DNA of 64,000 nucleotides from assembly GCF_009914755.1 (NCBI RefSeq), contig NC_060925.1; one strand, given 5' to 3'. The notes under the pieces were generated by a model. That model was given only the letters and a program-made list of their open reading frames with translations, had not been told where the DNA came from and did no database searches. Both the position numbers and the translations under genes were made by a program. Within the stretch, counting starts at the first letter, position 1. The number at the start of each line of letters is the position of its first letter. This DNA is from the human T2T-CHM13v2.0 reference genome, Homo sapiens. Of the stretch, positions 15,356 to 29,488 are shown in pieces.

Positions 15356-18025
15356 AAGAAGTATTGTCTCTGCTTCTATCTTCTATCTTCTGAAAGACAT
15401 TGTAGAGAATTGGTATCATTTCTTCCTTTAATGTTTCATGGAATTCACCAGAGGAACCCATCTGGGCCTGGTGCTTCTGTTTTGTAAGGTTATTAATTAT
15501 TGACTCAATTTCTTTAATAGATATAGCCCTATTCATATTGTCTATTTCTTCCTGTATAAGTTTGGCAGATCGTGTCTTTCAAGGAATTGATCTGTTTCAC
15601 CTAGATTATCAAATCCCTTTTTACCATTTTAAGGTCCATAGAACCTGTTGTGATGACCCCTCTTTTATTTCTAATATAAGTCATTTGGGTCATCTCTATT
15701 TTTTTCTTAGTCTGGCTACAGACTTACAAATTTTATTGATCTTCATAAGGAACCAGCTTTTGATTTTATTGCTTTTATCTATTGATTTATTGTTTTCAAT
15801 TTAATCGATTCTGCACTAATTTTTATTTCTTGTGTTTGCTTTGGATTTAATTTGCTCTTTTTTTTCTAGTTTTCTAAGATAGAAACTTAGTATTGGGTTT
15901 AGATCTTTCTTCTTTTCTAGTATATGCATTCAATGCTATAAATTTTCCTCTAAGCACTGTTTTTACTGCATACCACAAAATTTAGATGCTATGTTTTCAT
16001 TTTTATTTCATTCAGTTCAAAGTGTTTTTTAATTTCTCTTGAGATTTCTTCTTTGATCCATGTGTTGTTCAGAAGTATGTTGTTTAATCCCCACATATTT
16101 TGGGATTTTCTAGTCATCTTTCTATTACTGATTTCTAGTTTAATTCCATTATGATCTAAAAGAAGACATTGTATGATCTCTATTCTTTTAAATTTATTAA
16201 TATGTGTTTTATGCCCAGAATTTGATCTGTCTTGGTGAATGTTCCATATGAGCTTGAGGAATCTCTATTCTGCTGTTGTTGGATAAAGTAGTCTATAGAT
16301 GTCAATTATATCCAGTTGATTAAATGGTGTTTTGGAGTTCAACTATGTCCTCACTGATTTTCTGCCTGCTAGATCTGTCCATTTCTGATAGATAGGTGTG
16401 TAGTCTTCAACTATATAGATTTATCTGTTTCTCCTAGCAACTCTTACCAGTTTTGCCTCATGTCTCTTGACACTCTGTTATTAAGCACATACACATTAAG
16501 GCTGTATTCTTGGAAAATTGACCCATTTATCATTATATAATGCCATTCTTTATCCTTGTTAAGTTTTCTTGCTGTAATATCTGCTCTGTCTGAAATTAAT
16601 ATAGCTATGCCTGCTTTCTTTTGATTAGTGTTGGCATAGTATATTGTTTCCATCCATTTACTATTAATCTTTATGTGCCTTTATATTTAAAGTGAGTTTC
16701 TGGTAGATGATATATAGTTGGGTTTTGTTTTCTGATCTACACTGACAATCTCTTTTAATTGGGGTATTTAGACTATTGACGTTCGAAGTGATTATTGACA
16801 TAGTTGGGTTTCTAACCATATTTGTTAACTGTTTTCTATTTGTTGCCTTTGTTCTGTGTCCTTATTTTTGTCTTCCACTGTTTATAACCTTTCGTGATTG
16901 TAATTGAATGACTTATATGATTCCATTTTCTCTCCTTTCTTAGCATATCAGTTATACTTATTTTTTAAAAAATTTAGTGGTTTCCCTAGAATTTGCAGTT
17001 TTTTAAATGTATAACTAATGTAAGTCCACTTTCACATAACACTATACAACTTCGTAGATAGTATGAGTACCTTATAATAAAATAATCTTAATTCTTCCAC
17101 CTTGTCATTTGTATCATTATTATTCATTTCCCTTATATATAAGTATACATAAGCATATATATCATATAGACATAAGCATATATACATAAGCATACATAAT
17201 TAAATACATTGTTGTTATTACTTCAATATTAAATCAATTAAGAAGAAAAATAAAAGGTGGTTTTATTTTCACTTATTCCTTTTATACTCTTTGTTTTCTT
17301 AAGAAGGTCCAATTTGTGACCTATATTGTTTTCTTTTCTCTCTAAGGAACTTCTTTAAACATTTTTTGCAATGCTGGTCTACTGGCAACATTTTTCCTCA
17401 ATTTTTTCATGTATGTGAGAAAGCTTTATTTCACCTTCACTTTTGAATGATAGTTTTGCAGGTTATAGAATTCTAGGTTGGTAGTTTGGGTTCTTTTTTT
17501 TTCCTCTCAACACTTTAATATTTCACTCCATTCTCTTGCTTGTATGGTTTCTGAGGAGAAGCCAGATGTAATGCTTATTTTTGTTCCTCTGTACATAAGG
17601 TGTTTTTTCCTTCTGGCTTCTTTAGGATTTTTTCTTTTTCTTTGTTTTTCTGCAGTTTGAAAATTATATGCCTCAGTGTAGTTTTGGGGGTTGGGATTTT
17701 TTTTCTTTTAGGGTTTTTTTTTTGGCATTTATGCTGCTTGGTATTCTCAGTATTCTCTGAGCTTCCTGGATCTTTGGTTTGGTATATTAATTTGGGGAAA
17801 TTCTCAGTCATTATTGTTTCTGATTTTCTATTTCTTTCTCTTTTCTCCTTTTGGTATTCCCATTACACGTTACGCCTTTCGTAGTTGTCCTGTAGTCTTT
17901 GGATATTCTTTTCTGGGTTATTTTTGTTTGTTCTGCTTGCTTTTCAGTTTTGGATGTTTCTATTGATATATCCTCATGCTTAGAGATTCTTTCCTCAGCC
18001 ATGTCCAGTCTACTAATAAGCCTGT
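15356..18025 (-). mobile_element. L1M (L1MC-like) ORF1 and ORF2 endonuclease region, degenerate
   Basis: Minus-strand ORFs resemble L1 proteins: IYYANTNQKKAGIAILISD (endonuclease), MTENFPKL and ISRLDMAEERIS (ORF1), ISIKEIESIINNL (ORF2). Confidence 0.85.
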
Positions 18026-18177
18026 GCATAAATTTATATTTAGTATCTAAAGTCTGTATTAAATGGCAAGTTCCTTGAGGGCAGAGTTTGTGTTTATCTT
18101 TGATTTCCTTACAACTCCTAGTAGAGTTCTCTACAACAAATAAGCATAAGTTTTATTAAATACAATGTATCATATTA

Positions 18178-18531
<354 letters not shown>

Positions 18532-18834
18532 TTAAATTACTAGATTTAATTAGTAGACAGTCTACTAATACTGTCTCAGTCAAATGCTTAACTGTATTTT
18601 CATTAGAAATATATGTATGATTTTTGGTCGACTCCTCGGCCTGGATCTCAACCTAGGCCTAGCAATCCTATTACAATTCTATAAACTTAAGCCTGGTTTG
18701 CTAGCTACATTTATTAGCAAATGTGGTGACTCATTCTGATTGAGTCATAGAAAATAGTACATAAAGCCTTTGCCTTTATGTACTAATGACTGTGACTAAT
18801 GACAGTGACTCTCCCTAATGACACCAAAATTGTA

Positions 18835-19152
18835 CAGTTGACCCTTGAACAACATGGGGGTTAGAGACACCACCCTGCTATGCAGTTGAAAAATTTCATA
18901 TAACTTTTGACTCACCCAAAACTTAACTACTATTAGCCTACTGTTGACTGGAAGCCTTGCCAATAACATATACAGTCAATTAACACATCTTTTGTGTGAT
19001 ATATGTATTATATGTTGCATTCTTAAAATTGTAAACTAGAGAAAAGAAAGTGTTATTGAGAAAATCATAAGGAAAAGAAAATATACTATTTACTATTCAT
19101 TAGGTGGAAGTGAATCATAAAGACCTTCATCCTCATCATCTTCACATTGAGC
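18835..19152. mobile_element. Tigger2-family DNA transposon fragment
   Basis: TA then cagttgacccttgaacaac terminal repeat; cttttgactcacccaaaacttaactact...gcctactgttgactggaagcc. Confidence 0.75.
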
Positions 19153-19418
19153 CTTTTTCCCTTGCCTTTAGTCAATCTCTACATACCTATAATAAGCTGG
19201 AGTGAAAAACAGCCTAGGGTATTATGTCTATGTGATATATACTAGGAGTTTTTACACTTAACTCCTTGGATGGCCAAAACAATAAGATATAGCATTATAA
19301 GTATTTTCTTTCAGTAATCTAAATAGTTCCACTTTGATTTGAGTAAGTTTGTTTTCATTTTTCTCTAATAAAAGGAGCAATGCCTGCATGTTTAAAAATC
19401 ACTTGGCTTGGTAAAACA

Positions 19419-19790
19419 CTGTGGCAGTCTATACTGTTGTTCACCAAATATTTTCAGTTCCCTTTCTGAGTACCTGGTAGTACTATATATCCCTTCCTCC
19501 ATTGAAGTTAGATATGGTCACGTGATTGTTTTGTCAGTGAAATGAGACCAGAAGTGATATGAAGCTTTAAGAGCTAGTACATGTACATAATTTGCTATTT
19601 TACCTTTATCCTGCTGCAAAAACTGTAGAAGCCCAGATAGCCTCCCTTAGCCTAAGTTCCTGAGTAAGGACAGCATAGACAGGATCCCACCCCCTCAGTT
19701 GACCTGCTTATGGACATGTAACATATTTTATGCCACGAAGATTAGGGGGGTGATTAGATAATCATAACCTAGCTTATCCTGATAAATATA
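19419..19790 (+). mobile_element. Old MLT1 (H/I-like) LTR
   Basis: ttgaagttagatatggtcacgtgattg...gaaatgagaccagaagtga; end cataacctagcttatcctgataaata. Confidence 0.6.
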
Positions 19791-19994
19791 GCCTTCACCC
19801 CAAAACAGTGGGCTTTGGTAGTTACTAAAGGAATATAAAAGATTTGATGTGCTAATATTGGCCTAGTATTTCTTTTTCTTCATTATAGAAATGTTTATTG
19901 TACACAGCTTATATAAAATGATATTCATCTCAAGAAAGAGTCATTCTCCATGTGTCAAAATATTTTTCTTTGAATTAGAATCTTTGCTTGAAAA

Positions 19995-20320
19995 ATTTTG
20001 TTTTATTTTATTTATTTGTTTTTGGGTTAGGGTTTCATTCTATTGCCCCGGCTGGAGTGCTGTGGTACAGTCATCACTTACTGCAGCCTCGAACTCCTGA
20101 GTTCAAGCAATCCTCCCACATCATCCTCCTGAGTAGCTGGGACTACAGGCATGTGCTACCATGGCTGGCTAAATTTTTTATTTTATTTTATTTTATTTTT
20201 GTAGAGATGGGGTCTCGCCATTTTGCCCAGGCTGGTCTTAAATTCCTGGCCTCAAGCTATCCTGTCACCTCAGCCTTTTCAAAATGCTGGGACTACAGGC
20301 ATGAGCTACCGTGTCTGACT
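19995..20320 (-). mobile_element. AluJ element
   Basis: Diverged reverse Alu (cactTactgcagcctcgaactcctg). Confidence 0.9.
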
Positions 20321-21242
20321 GAGAAATTTTAATATGCTTCTATAAGATTCCTTTCACCTGCCAATGACAGAATTGTAAATTTCTTGAAAGTAGTGACCGT
20401 CATTCATTTTTGCATTTATTCTTTTATTCAACAAACTTTTGTTAAGTGCTCACTATTTGCCAGGTGCAGAGTCGAGGAGGATGTTCAGGGAACTCTAGAT
20501 AGTTTGGTAAAACTGGCAGGAGGCAGGCAGGGGCCATAGACTGTAAAGCACTTTGTTCCAGTCTGGAAGCTTTAATGATTTCATAAATGATCTACACTTC
20601 ATTTTAAAATAGTTTATCCACATTCAATACTTAATTTTACAATGCCATATCCAAGGTGACATAGACTGAGTTTTAACACTTCTGAGACCACCAATACATT
20701 ATATTTTACAACTTAGTTAACTCCTTTTTACATATCTTAGAACAAAGCTTTTTCTCTTCTGTCAGTTATCTTTTAATTCCTCCAATGCGCCAAGTACCTT
20801 CTCACCTGGGGGCCTTTGCACATGCCATTTTCTTTGCCTGTTTTCCCTTAGTTTGGGAAATCAGTAGATGTCATTTGTATTGAAATTGCTGGTACCATCT
20901 TCATAGAAAGGAATATATTTGTGTATGTTATATTGTTGTGCTTTTTAGAAATCTACCAGTAAAATTAGAAGTTTTTCTTCCATAACTAATATAAACATTA
21001 ATAAATAATAAATTAGGTGCTACTAGAAAGTTTAGTTATCCCAATTCTCACAGAAGAAAATTTTCTCATCACATTGCCAGGTGGTTTCAAGTGACTATTA
21101 TTTACAAAATTAAAAAGCTTAAAAGCTAGTTTCTATTTCTGGTCTTTATTGTAAAAGTCTAAATACCTTTTGCAGAGATAGTGTGGACGAGTAACATTCC
21201 CTTTTGGTTCTCTCTCCCATCACCTTCTGCCTTTCCTTCTAG

Positions 21243-21352
21243 GGATTCTTCAGCAAGCGCCTGAAAGGCTCCATCAAGAGGACCAAAAGCCAGTCAAAGC
21301 TTGACAGAAACACGAGCTTTCGGCTTCCATCCCTTCGCAGTACAGATGACAG
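21243..21352 (+). CDS. RASAL2: RASAL2 coding exon (110 nt), [36 protein letters not shown](R), PH-domain region
   Basis: Long pyrimidine tract ending ttctag at 21242; donor AG|gtagga; phase 0 to 2; SynGAP-family motif [12 protein letters not shown]. Absent from the ORF track. Confidence 0.95.
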
Positions 21353-21674
21353 GTAGGAAGTTAACTTTCTTAAAACAAAAAAAGCAGTTTGAGAGTGAAT
21401 TTTGTTAAGGCATTTTGGTCTATTCTGAATTTGAATCAATGACAAATAGAAAAATACAATAAAAAATTGACTTTTATGTCGTGTTCATATTAAGGCAAGA
21501 TACAAAATATTGACTCAAATACCCAACCAGTTTAAGAATGTTATAATATTGGAGAGTTTGTGGATACATAAAAACTAATTTCAGAGTCAGTTAAGCTATT
21601 TCTGTAGAATCAAGTTACAGTGGTCAGAGGTGTATCTTTTGTTTGGTTTTTGGTAGAATGACTATAAAGAATAA

Positions 21675-21915
21675 TGATTATGATAGCTAAACAATTTTAG
21701 CACTGTCGCAGGATGCTTCATACATGTTATCTTGTTTCATCTTTATAATAACCGTATATGATAAATACTATTATTATCACCATTTTATAGATGAGGAATC
21801 TGAAGTACAGAGAGGTTAAATAATCTTGCCCAGGGTCATACAGCTAGTAAATAGCAAAAATGGTATTTGAACTTGGGCAGTTTGGCTCCAGAGTCCATGC
21901 TTTTTACTGCTATGT
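21675..21915 (-). mobile_element. MIR
   Basis: cattttatagatgaggaatctgaagtacagagaggttaaataatcttgcccagggtcatacagc. Confidence 0.85.
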
Positions 21916-22164
21916 TCTGTATGTATAGCATATGAAATTGGCCTTGTTGGTTTGCAATTACATCTAGAAGACGTGCTGAAAAGGAAGCCTGGGTGGATTT
22001 CCATAATTAGGACTACTAGCTTGAGTACAGCTCCCTAAGGATAATATGCTTCAAAAATCATTGAATGTGTGCTAACACATTTTTGACACATCATGTCTCG
22101 ATAATGTTCAAAATTTTGGAAACAGTGCTTGTGGTATCAGCATCAGCACATCATCACCACCACC

Positions 22165-22352
22165 TATATTTATTAAGTACCTACTGTGTGCCATACGTGT
22201 TAAATGTAGTCTCTCATGTAATACAACAACCCTAGATACTATTATTATCCTCATTTTATAGATGAGGAACTGAGGCATAAAAAGTTTGAGAAACTTGCCC
22301 AGGGTCACACAGCTAATAAGTAGTAGAGCTAAGATTTGAACTCAGGTCTGCC
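22165..22352 (-). mobile_element. MIR
   Basis: cattttatagatgaggaactgaggca...cttgcccagggtcacacagcta. Confidence 0.85.
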
Positions 22353-24184
22353 TCTCATATTTGATACTCTTATTTATGTTTTACTTTTTTTTTCCAGTAA
22401 GTGACTTTTTTTCACTTATCTACCTAGAAAACAGAAATAAAATTATAGATTTGCCAAGCAGATGATTACTGTCTTTATTTTGTAAATGAAGGGACTTGAT
22501 GAGGGACTACTGCTTTATTAGCCCTTCTTGAACCACATTAAAGGTGCTCTGTGAAATTTGCAAGTCAGCCCAATTTGCATTATATTTATATTATTATCTC
22601 TTTTATACCTCTTTGTTTTAAGGTAATCATAAAAAAAGATTTTTAAAATATTTTTCTTAGTTTCCTGTTATTCTATAATTTTCATCATTCCAGGAATTCA
22701 AAGCATTTTATTAATGTCTCAAAAAATAGAATAACAATTTTTTTTCAGATTATCGATTCTTAAGAACAAAAATGTTGTGCAGCAAATAAAACACTCCCAA
22801 TTCAATAGGCAATTTCTTAAACTCTGCAGCATCATATAGAAACTTGGGAGACAAGATTTTTTTTTTAAAGTTTACATTATTTTTTAACCTTGCACTAAAT
22901 GTTACCTTCTTTATTTCAAACAAAGGGCTCTCTCCTATTCCATTTTGTTTTAGGTTGCCCATGGGAATTGTTTGATTGAATTACCAAGAGATTATATTCT
23001 CCCAGAGTCTCTTGTATTTCTATTATATAGTTACTGTATTTTTAGCCTTTCCAGTGATTGAAATGTATTATTTGTGACTTTTATAATGTTAATGCTTTAA
23101 TCAATAGCAAAGTCTTTCTTTCTTAAGTACAGCACAATAAAAAAGTGCTAGTAAATCTCAAATATTAAGTAACCCTTTTAATTTATCAACTCCATTTGAA
23201 TTGTAGAGATTTCCTATACAGAAATTTTTCAAAAAACTTTTTCTTGTATAGAGGTGTACTCAATATAGTTTGAATGTGTTACCATTTTTAAAAAAGACTC
23301 TCTTGCCTTCAGATCATATGAACAGTCAGATAAATAGAGCTAAGGTACAAGATATTGATCAGCTGAGTTCTTTGAATTAGTGCCCTTATAGGTGTGACCA
23401 AGTATTTTCTGAAGACCTGATTTTCTTGGGTCAGATACATCAACTGCTGAAGTCAGCCACTTCTTTCAAAATGTTATACAGTGTCTAAATCTAAGTAGCA
23501 AAACATTTCTGTTCTTTTATCCAATCTGTGGAACTTCCAGTTAAATGTAGTAAGCAGCTCCTTTTTTTTCCATTTTTAAATTATAAAGTAAAATACTCAT
23601 TTGTCTTTGTTTTGGAGGGGGAAAAGTTTCAGTATATAAGTAAAGAGAAAAAGAACTAAAGACCCTCTTTATCTTTCCTATCTCCCCACATAAATAACCT
23701 TATTAACCATTTGTATATTTTCAAACCTCTTTAAAACTCCATACATAAAGGGAACCCAAGTATATGTTTTCATGTTTTCATATAAATGGGATCACATATT
23801 ACTTTGTGACTTGCTTTTTAGTATAAATATTTTGTACTCTCCCTGTGTCAGTAAATGTCAGTCCACATCATTCTTTTTAACAACTGAATCTTTGTATGCT
23901 ACAGTGTTTTTATAATAATGTACCTCACTTCTCTATTGATGGATATTTACATTGTTTCCCTTTTTTGGTACAAAATAGAGATGTCATGAACATTTTTGAA
24001 CATGTGCCTTTTTGTACTGGTGGCTGGGTTGGATTTCAGAAGTAGAACTGCTTGGTATAGAGTATGTATGTTATCAAATTTTCCTTCAAAAAAGGACCTT
24101 TCCCACCAACAAATTGAGATTACTTTTATCCTTCAGACAACCTTTTCCATTTTATCAATATGTTGAAAGAATAGAAATAGTAAA

Positions 24185-24420
24185 ATGTAGTATTTATTAT
24201 GTGACAGATATATCCTAGGTACTTTATATAAACTAACTCATTTAATCATTACAACCACCCTAAGAGATAGTCACTGTCATTACTCCTATTTTGAAGATGA
24301 GAAAACTGAGACGCAGAGAAATTCGTAAGTTGCCTGAGGTTATACAGCTTGGAAAATGAGAGAACTGAGGTTCAAACCCAGGAAGATTGGCTTTAGAGTC
24401 TGTATTTGTAATCTTTACTG
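24185..24420 (-). mobile_element. MIR
   Basis: attttgaagatgagaaaactgagacgcagaga...gttcaaacccagg. Confidence 0.75.
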
Positions 24421-24909
24421 TGTATTGCCTCTCTAAAAGATGGGATGGGGGGGGATTTCTTTGTTTTAATTTGTATTTTGCTAATGCTTAGTATACTGAA
24501 TATCCTGTCGTATGTTTTCTTCTTCTGTGACTTACCTATTTCCTTTGCCCATTTTTCTATTGAGTTGTTTGTCCTATTTCTTATGATTTGGAATAGCACT
24601 TTTTATTACTACGGATAGTAAGCCACTACTATGCATGTTAATAAAATTTTTCTCCCAATCTGTTTCTTGTGTTTTAAAATCATGTCTTCAAGTTACATGG
24701 AAGTTTTCAATTTTCCTTTCTCTGATATGTCAGTCTTTTTGGGTGGGAAGGGGGGCTTATCTGATCAAATTTGATCAGAACATTGAACTCAAGAGGTGAG
24801 GGACCTGTTTCTTGTTAAATTCTTCTTTATGATACTCTGCAAATTACTTTATTTTTCCCTTCTTCAAAAGGGAGAAATATTCTATCTGGAGCGATCCAGA
24901 GGATAATGA

Positions 24910-25140
<231 letters not shown>

Positions 25141-25194
25141 GAAATCTTCAAAATTTTTGAGATAAACCACAAACCTTATCTTCACTCATTACAC

Positions 25195-25492
25195 TTTTAT
25201 TTTTATTTTTTGAGACAGTGTCTTGTTCTGTCACCCAGGCTGGAGTGCAGTGGCACGATCACGGTTCACTGCAGCCTTGACTTCTCAAGCTTACTTAATT
25301 CTCCTGCCTCAGCCTCCTGAGTAGCTGGGACTACAGCCACACACTACCATCCCTGGCTTATTTTTATACTTTTTGTAGAGATGGGATTTTGTCATGTTCC
25401 CTAGGCTGGTCTCAAACTCCTGGGCTCAAGTGATTTGCCCACCCTGGCCTCCCAGAGTCTGGAATTACAAGTGTGAGCCACCATGCACAGCC
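25195..25492 (-). mobile_element. AluJ element
   Basis: Full reverse Alu (gatcacggttcactgcagccttgac). Confidence 0.92.
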
Positions 25493-26869
25493 CTCATATT
25501 TTTAAAAGATAAAATTATTCTCAGGAGGTCTGAGTTACCACTTTAAGATAGCAGAAAAACATTTTTAAAATGGTTAATTTTATCTAAAGAAAGCAAGCTG
25601 TGAAAAATACCATAGTTTTACCAAATAATGTTTCTAAAATCCAAATGTATTGATATACAGTAACACACTCAATATGTGACAGTTATGTACAAGCTACTAT
25701 GCTGTATGCTACAGAGAATATAGCATAGAGAACCAAAGATACAGCCCTCAACCTCGAGGAGTCCAGTAAAAGAGGTAAGTGTCAAGGAGGAAATGGTATC
25801 GGTGAAGATAAAATTACTTCTTGTTGAGTGGATCAGGAGAGACCTTAGAGGGCAATGGCCTGTGAGTTGGATCTTACAGGTGTAATTTGAACATAGAAAT
25901 AGACACGCACACAGAACTTTCCTTGGAATGGAAATAATGAGCAAAAGTAGAAAGTAGGAAATTATGGAGCTTGAAGAGAATTACTGAATAGTTCATGGTA
26001 TTAACATGAAAAGGGGCAAGGTAGGAAATAAGTTTGGAAAGGTAAAATTCCAGTTTTTAACTTAATGGGTGAAAACAGTTCTGCTTTTTTTTGTCTTAAA
26101 AATTAATATGAGAAACAAATATGAACTCCATCTTTAATGAAACTAGGAAAAATATGAGAGATAGATTACTTAATCTATAATTCTCACTTAGATGACAAAC
26201 AGATGTAGTTACCTACAAAAGGAAATTCTAAAAAGAAGTCTCTACTTAGGATTCAGTTTAGTTGCCAATTAACAGATACCCAAAATAGAAATGACTGAAA
26301 CAAGGTAGAATTATTTTTTTTTTCACTTCTGTCTGAAAGTGGACAGTCCTGTTCAAGTCTGCCATTCTTCAGGATCTTCAAGAATCTCTTTATAGGCATA
26401 AGATAGCTACTAGAGCTCCAACCATAACATATTTGTTTTAGATACCAGAAAAGATGGGCCCATAAAAAGACACATGCTTTCCAGCTGAGTTATCTCCCTT
26501 TAAAGCAATCTCTCTGAAACCATACCTAGTTGACTTTGACTTCTGTCTCATTGCCACCTTTTTCTAAGGGAACCTGGGAAACTTTATACCTGGATATATT
26601 GGTGGGCCCAATAATATAGGACTCTGTTCTTAAGGAAAGAGAGAGGGATGGACATTGGTAAAACAGCTAGCAGTCTCTGCATAGGAAGTTGATTTACCCA
26701 CCTACTCTGGAAAGGTTCAGCTTCCACCCAGCTCTAGAAAGTCAGCAGCCAGACTTACCCCTGTCACATAGCAGTTTGAGAAATTGAACCACCCTGGAGA
26801 AACAGACCTACAGATAGCTACATTTATATCTGTAGGTTTTTTTGCCTATTAAAATCCCAGCTGATAAAT

Positions 26870-27300
26870 TCATTCCTAGGTAGATCCAAGAGAAATAAAA
26901 ATATATATTCATATAAAAACTTGTATGTGAATGTTCATAACAACATTATTCATAATAGGCAAAAAGTGATAACAACCCAAATGCCCATCAGCTGATCAAT
27001 AGATATACAAAAACATGATATACCCGTACAATAGAATATTCATCAGCAATAAAAAGAGTACTGGTACATGTTGCAATGTGTATGCATGTTTTCAACCTTG
27101 AAAACACTGAAGTGGGAGGATCACTTTAGGCCAGGACGTCAAGGCTGCAGTCAGCCGTGATCGTGCCACTGCACTCCAGCCTGGGAAACAGGAGAGACTC
27201 TGTCTCAATAATAGTAATAATAATAAGCCAGTCAGTCACAAAGTACCACATATTGGATGATTCCATGTATAAGAAATGAAAATGCCAAGAATAGGTAAAT
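26870..27300 (+). mobile_element. L1MB/ME 3'UTR fragment containing a partial Alu (~27110-27225)
   Basis: aacaacccaaatgcccatcagctgat; Alu piece gtgggaggatcactttaggccagg...gagactctgtctc. Confidence 0.7.
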
Positions 27301-28309
27301 CAATTTATATCATCGTGACATATCTGAATGCTAAGGTTTAAAAAAAAATTAAAATTTTCTAGAAAGAAAAAATAGGTTGCATACAAAGGAATGTTGGGGG
27401 TGGGGGGATGACATTGGAATTCTCAGTAGAAACAATGAAAACCAGACGTTAGTGGAGCAATGTCTTGAAAATTCTGAGCGGAAATTATTTTCAACCCAAT
27501 ATTCCATACCCAGAGCAGATCTCGAATGTCAAACTGAGGAGTTTGGATTTTAGCCTATAAGAAACAAGGAGCCTTTAAACATTTTTGATCAAGAAAATGA
27601 CCTAATCAGAGTTTTGCTATGGATGGATTAATCCAGCAGTGGAATTTCAGGTAACTTAGTTTGCAGATACTAAGTCTGAGAGACCAGTTAACAAAAAGCT
27701 GTAAGAAGATATAATGAGGGCTCCAAGGCGGATAGTAGCAGTGGAAATGGAGAGGCAGAGACAAGATAGGAGGAACGTTTTAGAGGCAAAATCAATAGGA
27801 TGTCACAAAGTCATCATTGTTCCAAAGCCATCTAATCAGATAAAAGCCAGTAAAGCGATTTCCTAGAATCAATATTGGCAGCATTTTCACATTAAAGCCA
27901 TGTCATATAGGAGGGTGTTGGGACACAAAAAGACTCTGTGATGTTTCTGCCTTTCATTCAAATGCACTTAAAACTAGGAAATGACTGAAAACAGTGGTAC
28001 TGTATTGTCAGGCATTCCAAGATTCCAAATGCCTGTTGCCAGCCTTGCTTTGGAAGTGCTACTTAAATTTACCAAAGACTAAAGGTAAAGATGAGCATAT
28101 GGAGTAGAATATTCTCACCCACTCCAAACTTCCCTCAAATAAAAACCTTCACAGTAATGTTCTCAATTCTAAGGCTCACTAACAAAGTATGGTTTTAAGT
28201 AGTCTACTTTTTCTTTGTCAAAAGATACCTGAAAGTAAGTATGGTGTTCATTGGTAGGTGGAATTATGGAACAATATTCTCAGCTTCTTGAGTTTCTCCT
28301 TATTAATTA

Positions 28310-29240
28310 GAATTTTTTAACTTTTTATCTTGAAATTATATAAAGAAAGTTGCAAAAATAGTACATACAGTTCTGTAGACTCTTCCCCCCAGCTTTCCCC
28401 AATAGTGAGGTCTTATAACTGTAGTATAATATCAAAACCAGGTAATGGACATTGGTATAGTAATATTAAATAAACTGCAGACTTTATTCAGTTTTCGCCA
28501 ATTTTACATGCATTCATTTGTGCATGTGTGTGTGTGTAGTTCTGTCCAATTTAATCATATGTATAGATTAGTGTAACTACTACCATGATCAAGATAAAGA
28601 ACTGTTTCATTACCAAGAAAGAACTCCCTATGCTACCCCTTTATAGTCATACCCACCTCCCCACACCTATCACATCCCTTAAAGAACTACTAATTTGTTT
28701 CCTGTCTCTATCGCTTTATTATTTTAAGAATAGTGTTTCACAGAATCATATAGTATATAATTGGTTGAGATTGGCTTTTTTTTTTTTTTACACTAAACAT
28801 ATGCCCTTGAGGTCCATCCAAATTGTTACATGTATCAGTAGTTTGTTTCTTCGGTTGCTGAGTAGTATTTCATTGTATGGATGTACTACGGTTTGTTTAA
28901 CCATTCAGCCATTGAAAGACGTTTGGGTTGTTTCCAGTTTTTGCTATCATTAATATGAATAAAGCTGCTGTGAACAGTTAGATACAGGTTTTTGTGAACG
29001 TGTTTTCCCTTCTATGGGGTAAATGCCCAAGAGTATAATTGCTGGGTTCTATGGTATGTACATGTTTAGGTTTGTAAGAAACTACCAAACTTTTCCAAAG
29101 AGGCTGTGCCATTTTACATCCTGATAAGCAATGTTTGCAGAGGAATTTTTTATGTCCCAAGAGATTTTCACTTATGTTTTCTTTTAGAAGTTTTATGATT
29201 TTAGCTTTTATATATAAGTCTATGATCCATTTAGAGTTCA
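28310..29240 (-). mobile_element. Old L1M 3' region
   Basis: Reverse L1 motifs (aataaagctgctgtgaac, aaactaccaaacttttccaaag); ORF 28978..29241 NSKWIIDLYIKAKIIKLL. Confidence 0.7.
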
Positions 29241-29332
29241 TCTGTGATAGCTTTAAATAAAAGATCTTAATTCAGAACTTATTGATGTTCTCTCTATATA
29301 TATATTCTACATATATATTGAATATATATATA

Positions 29333-29488
29333 TTTTTAAGAGACAAGGTCTTGCTCTGTTGCTCAGGCTAGCGTGCAGTGGTGCCATCATAGCTCACTGT
29401 AACCTTGAACTCCTGGGCTCAAGTAATCCTCCTGCCTTAGCCTCCTAAAGTGCTGGGATTATAGGCATGAGCTGTGGCACCAGGCCCA
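29333..29488 (-). mobile_element. Monomer-length AluJ/FLAM-like element with TA-rich tail
   Basis: gagacaaggtcttgctctgttgctcaggct...gctgggattataggcatgag. Confidence 0.85.
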
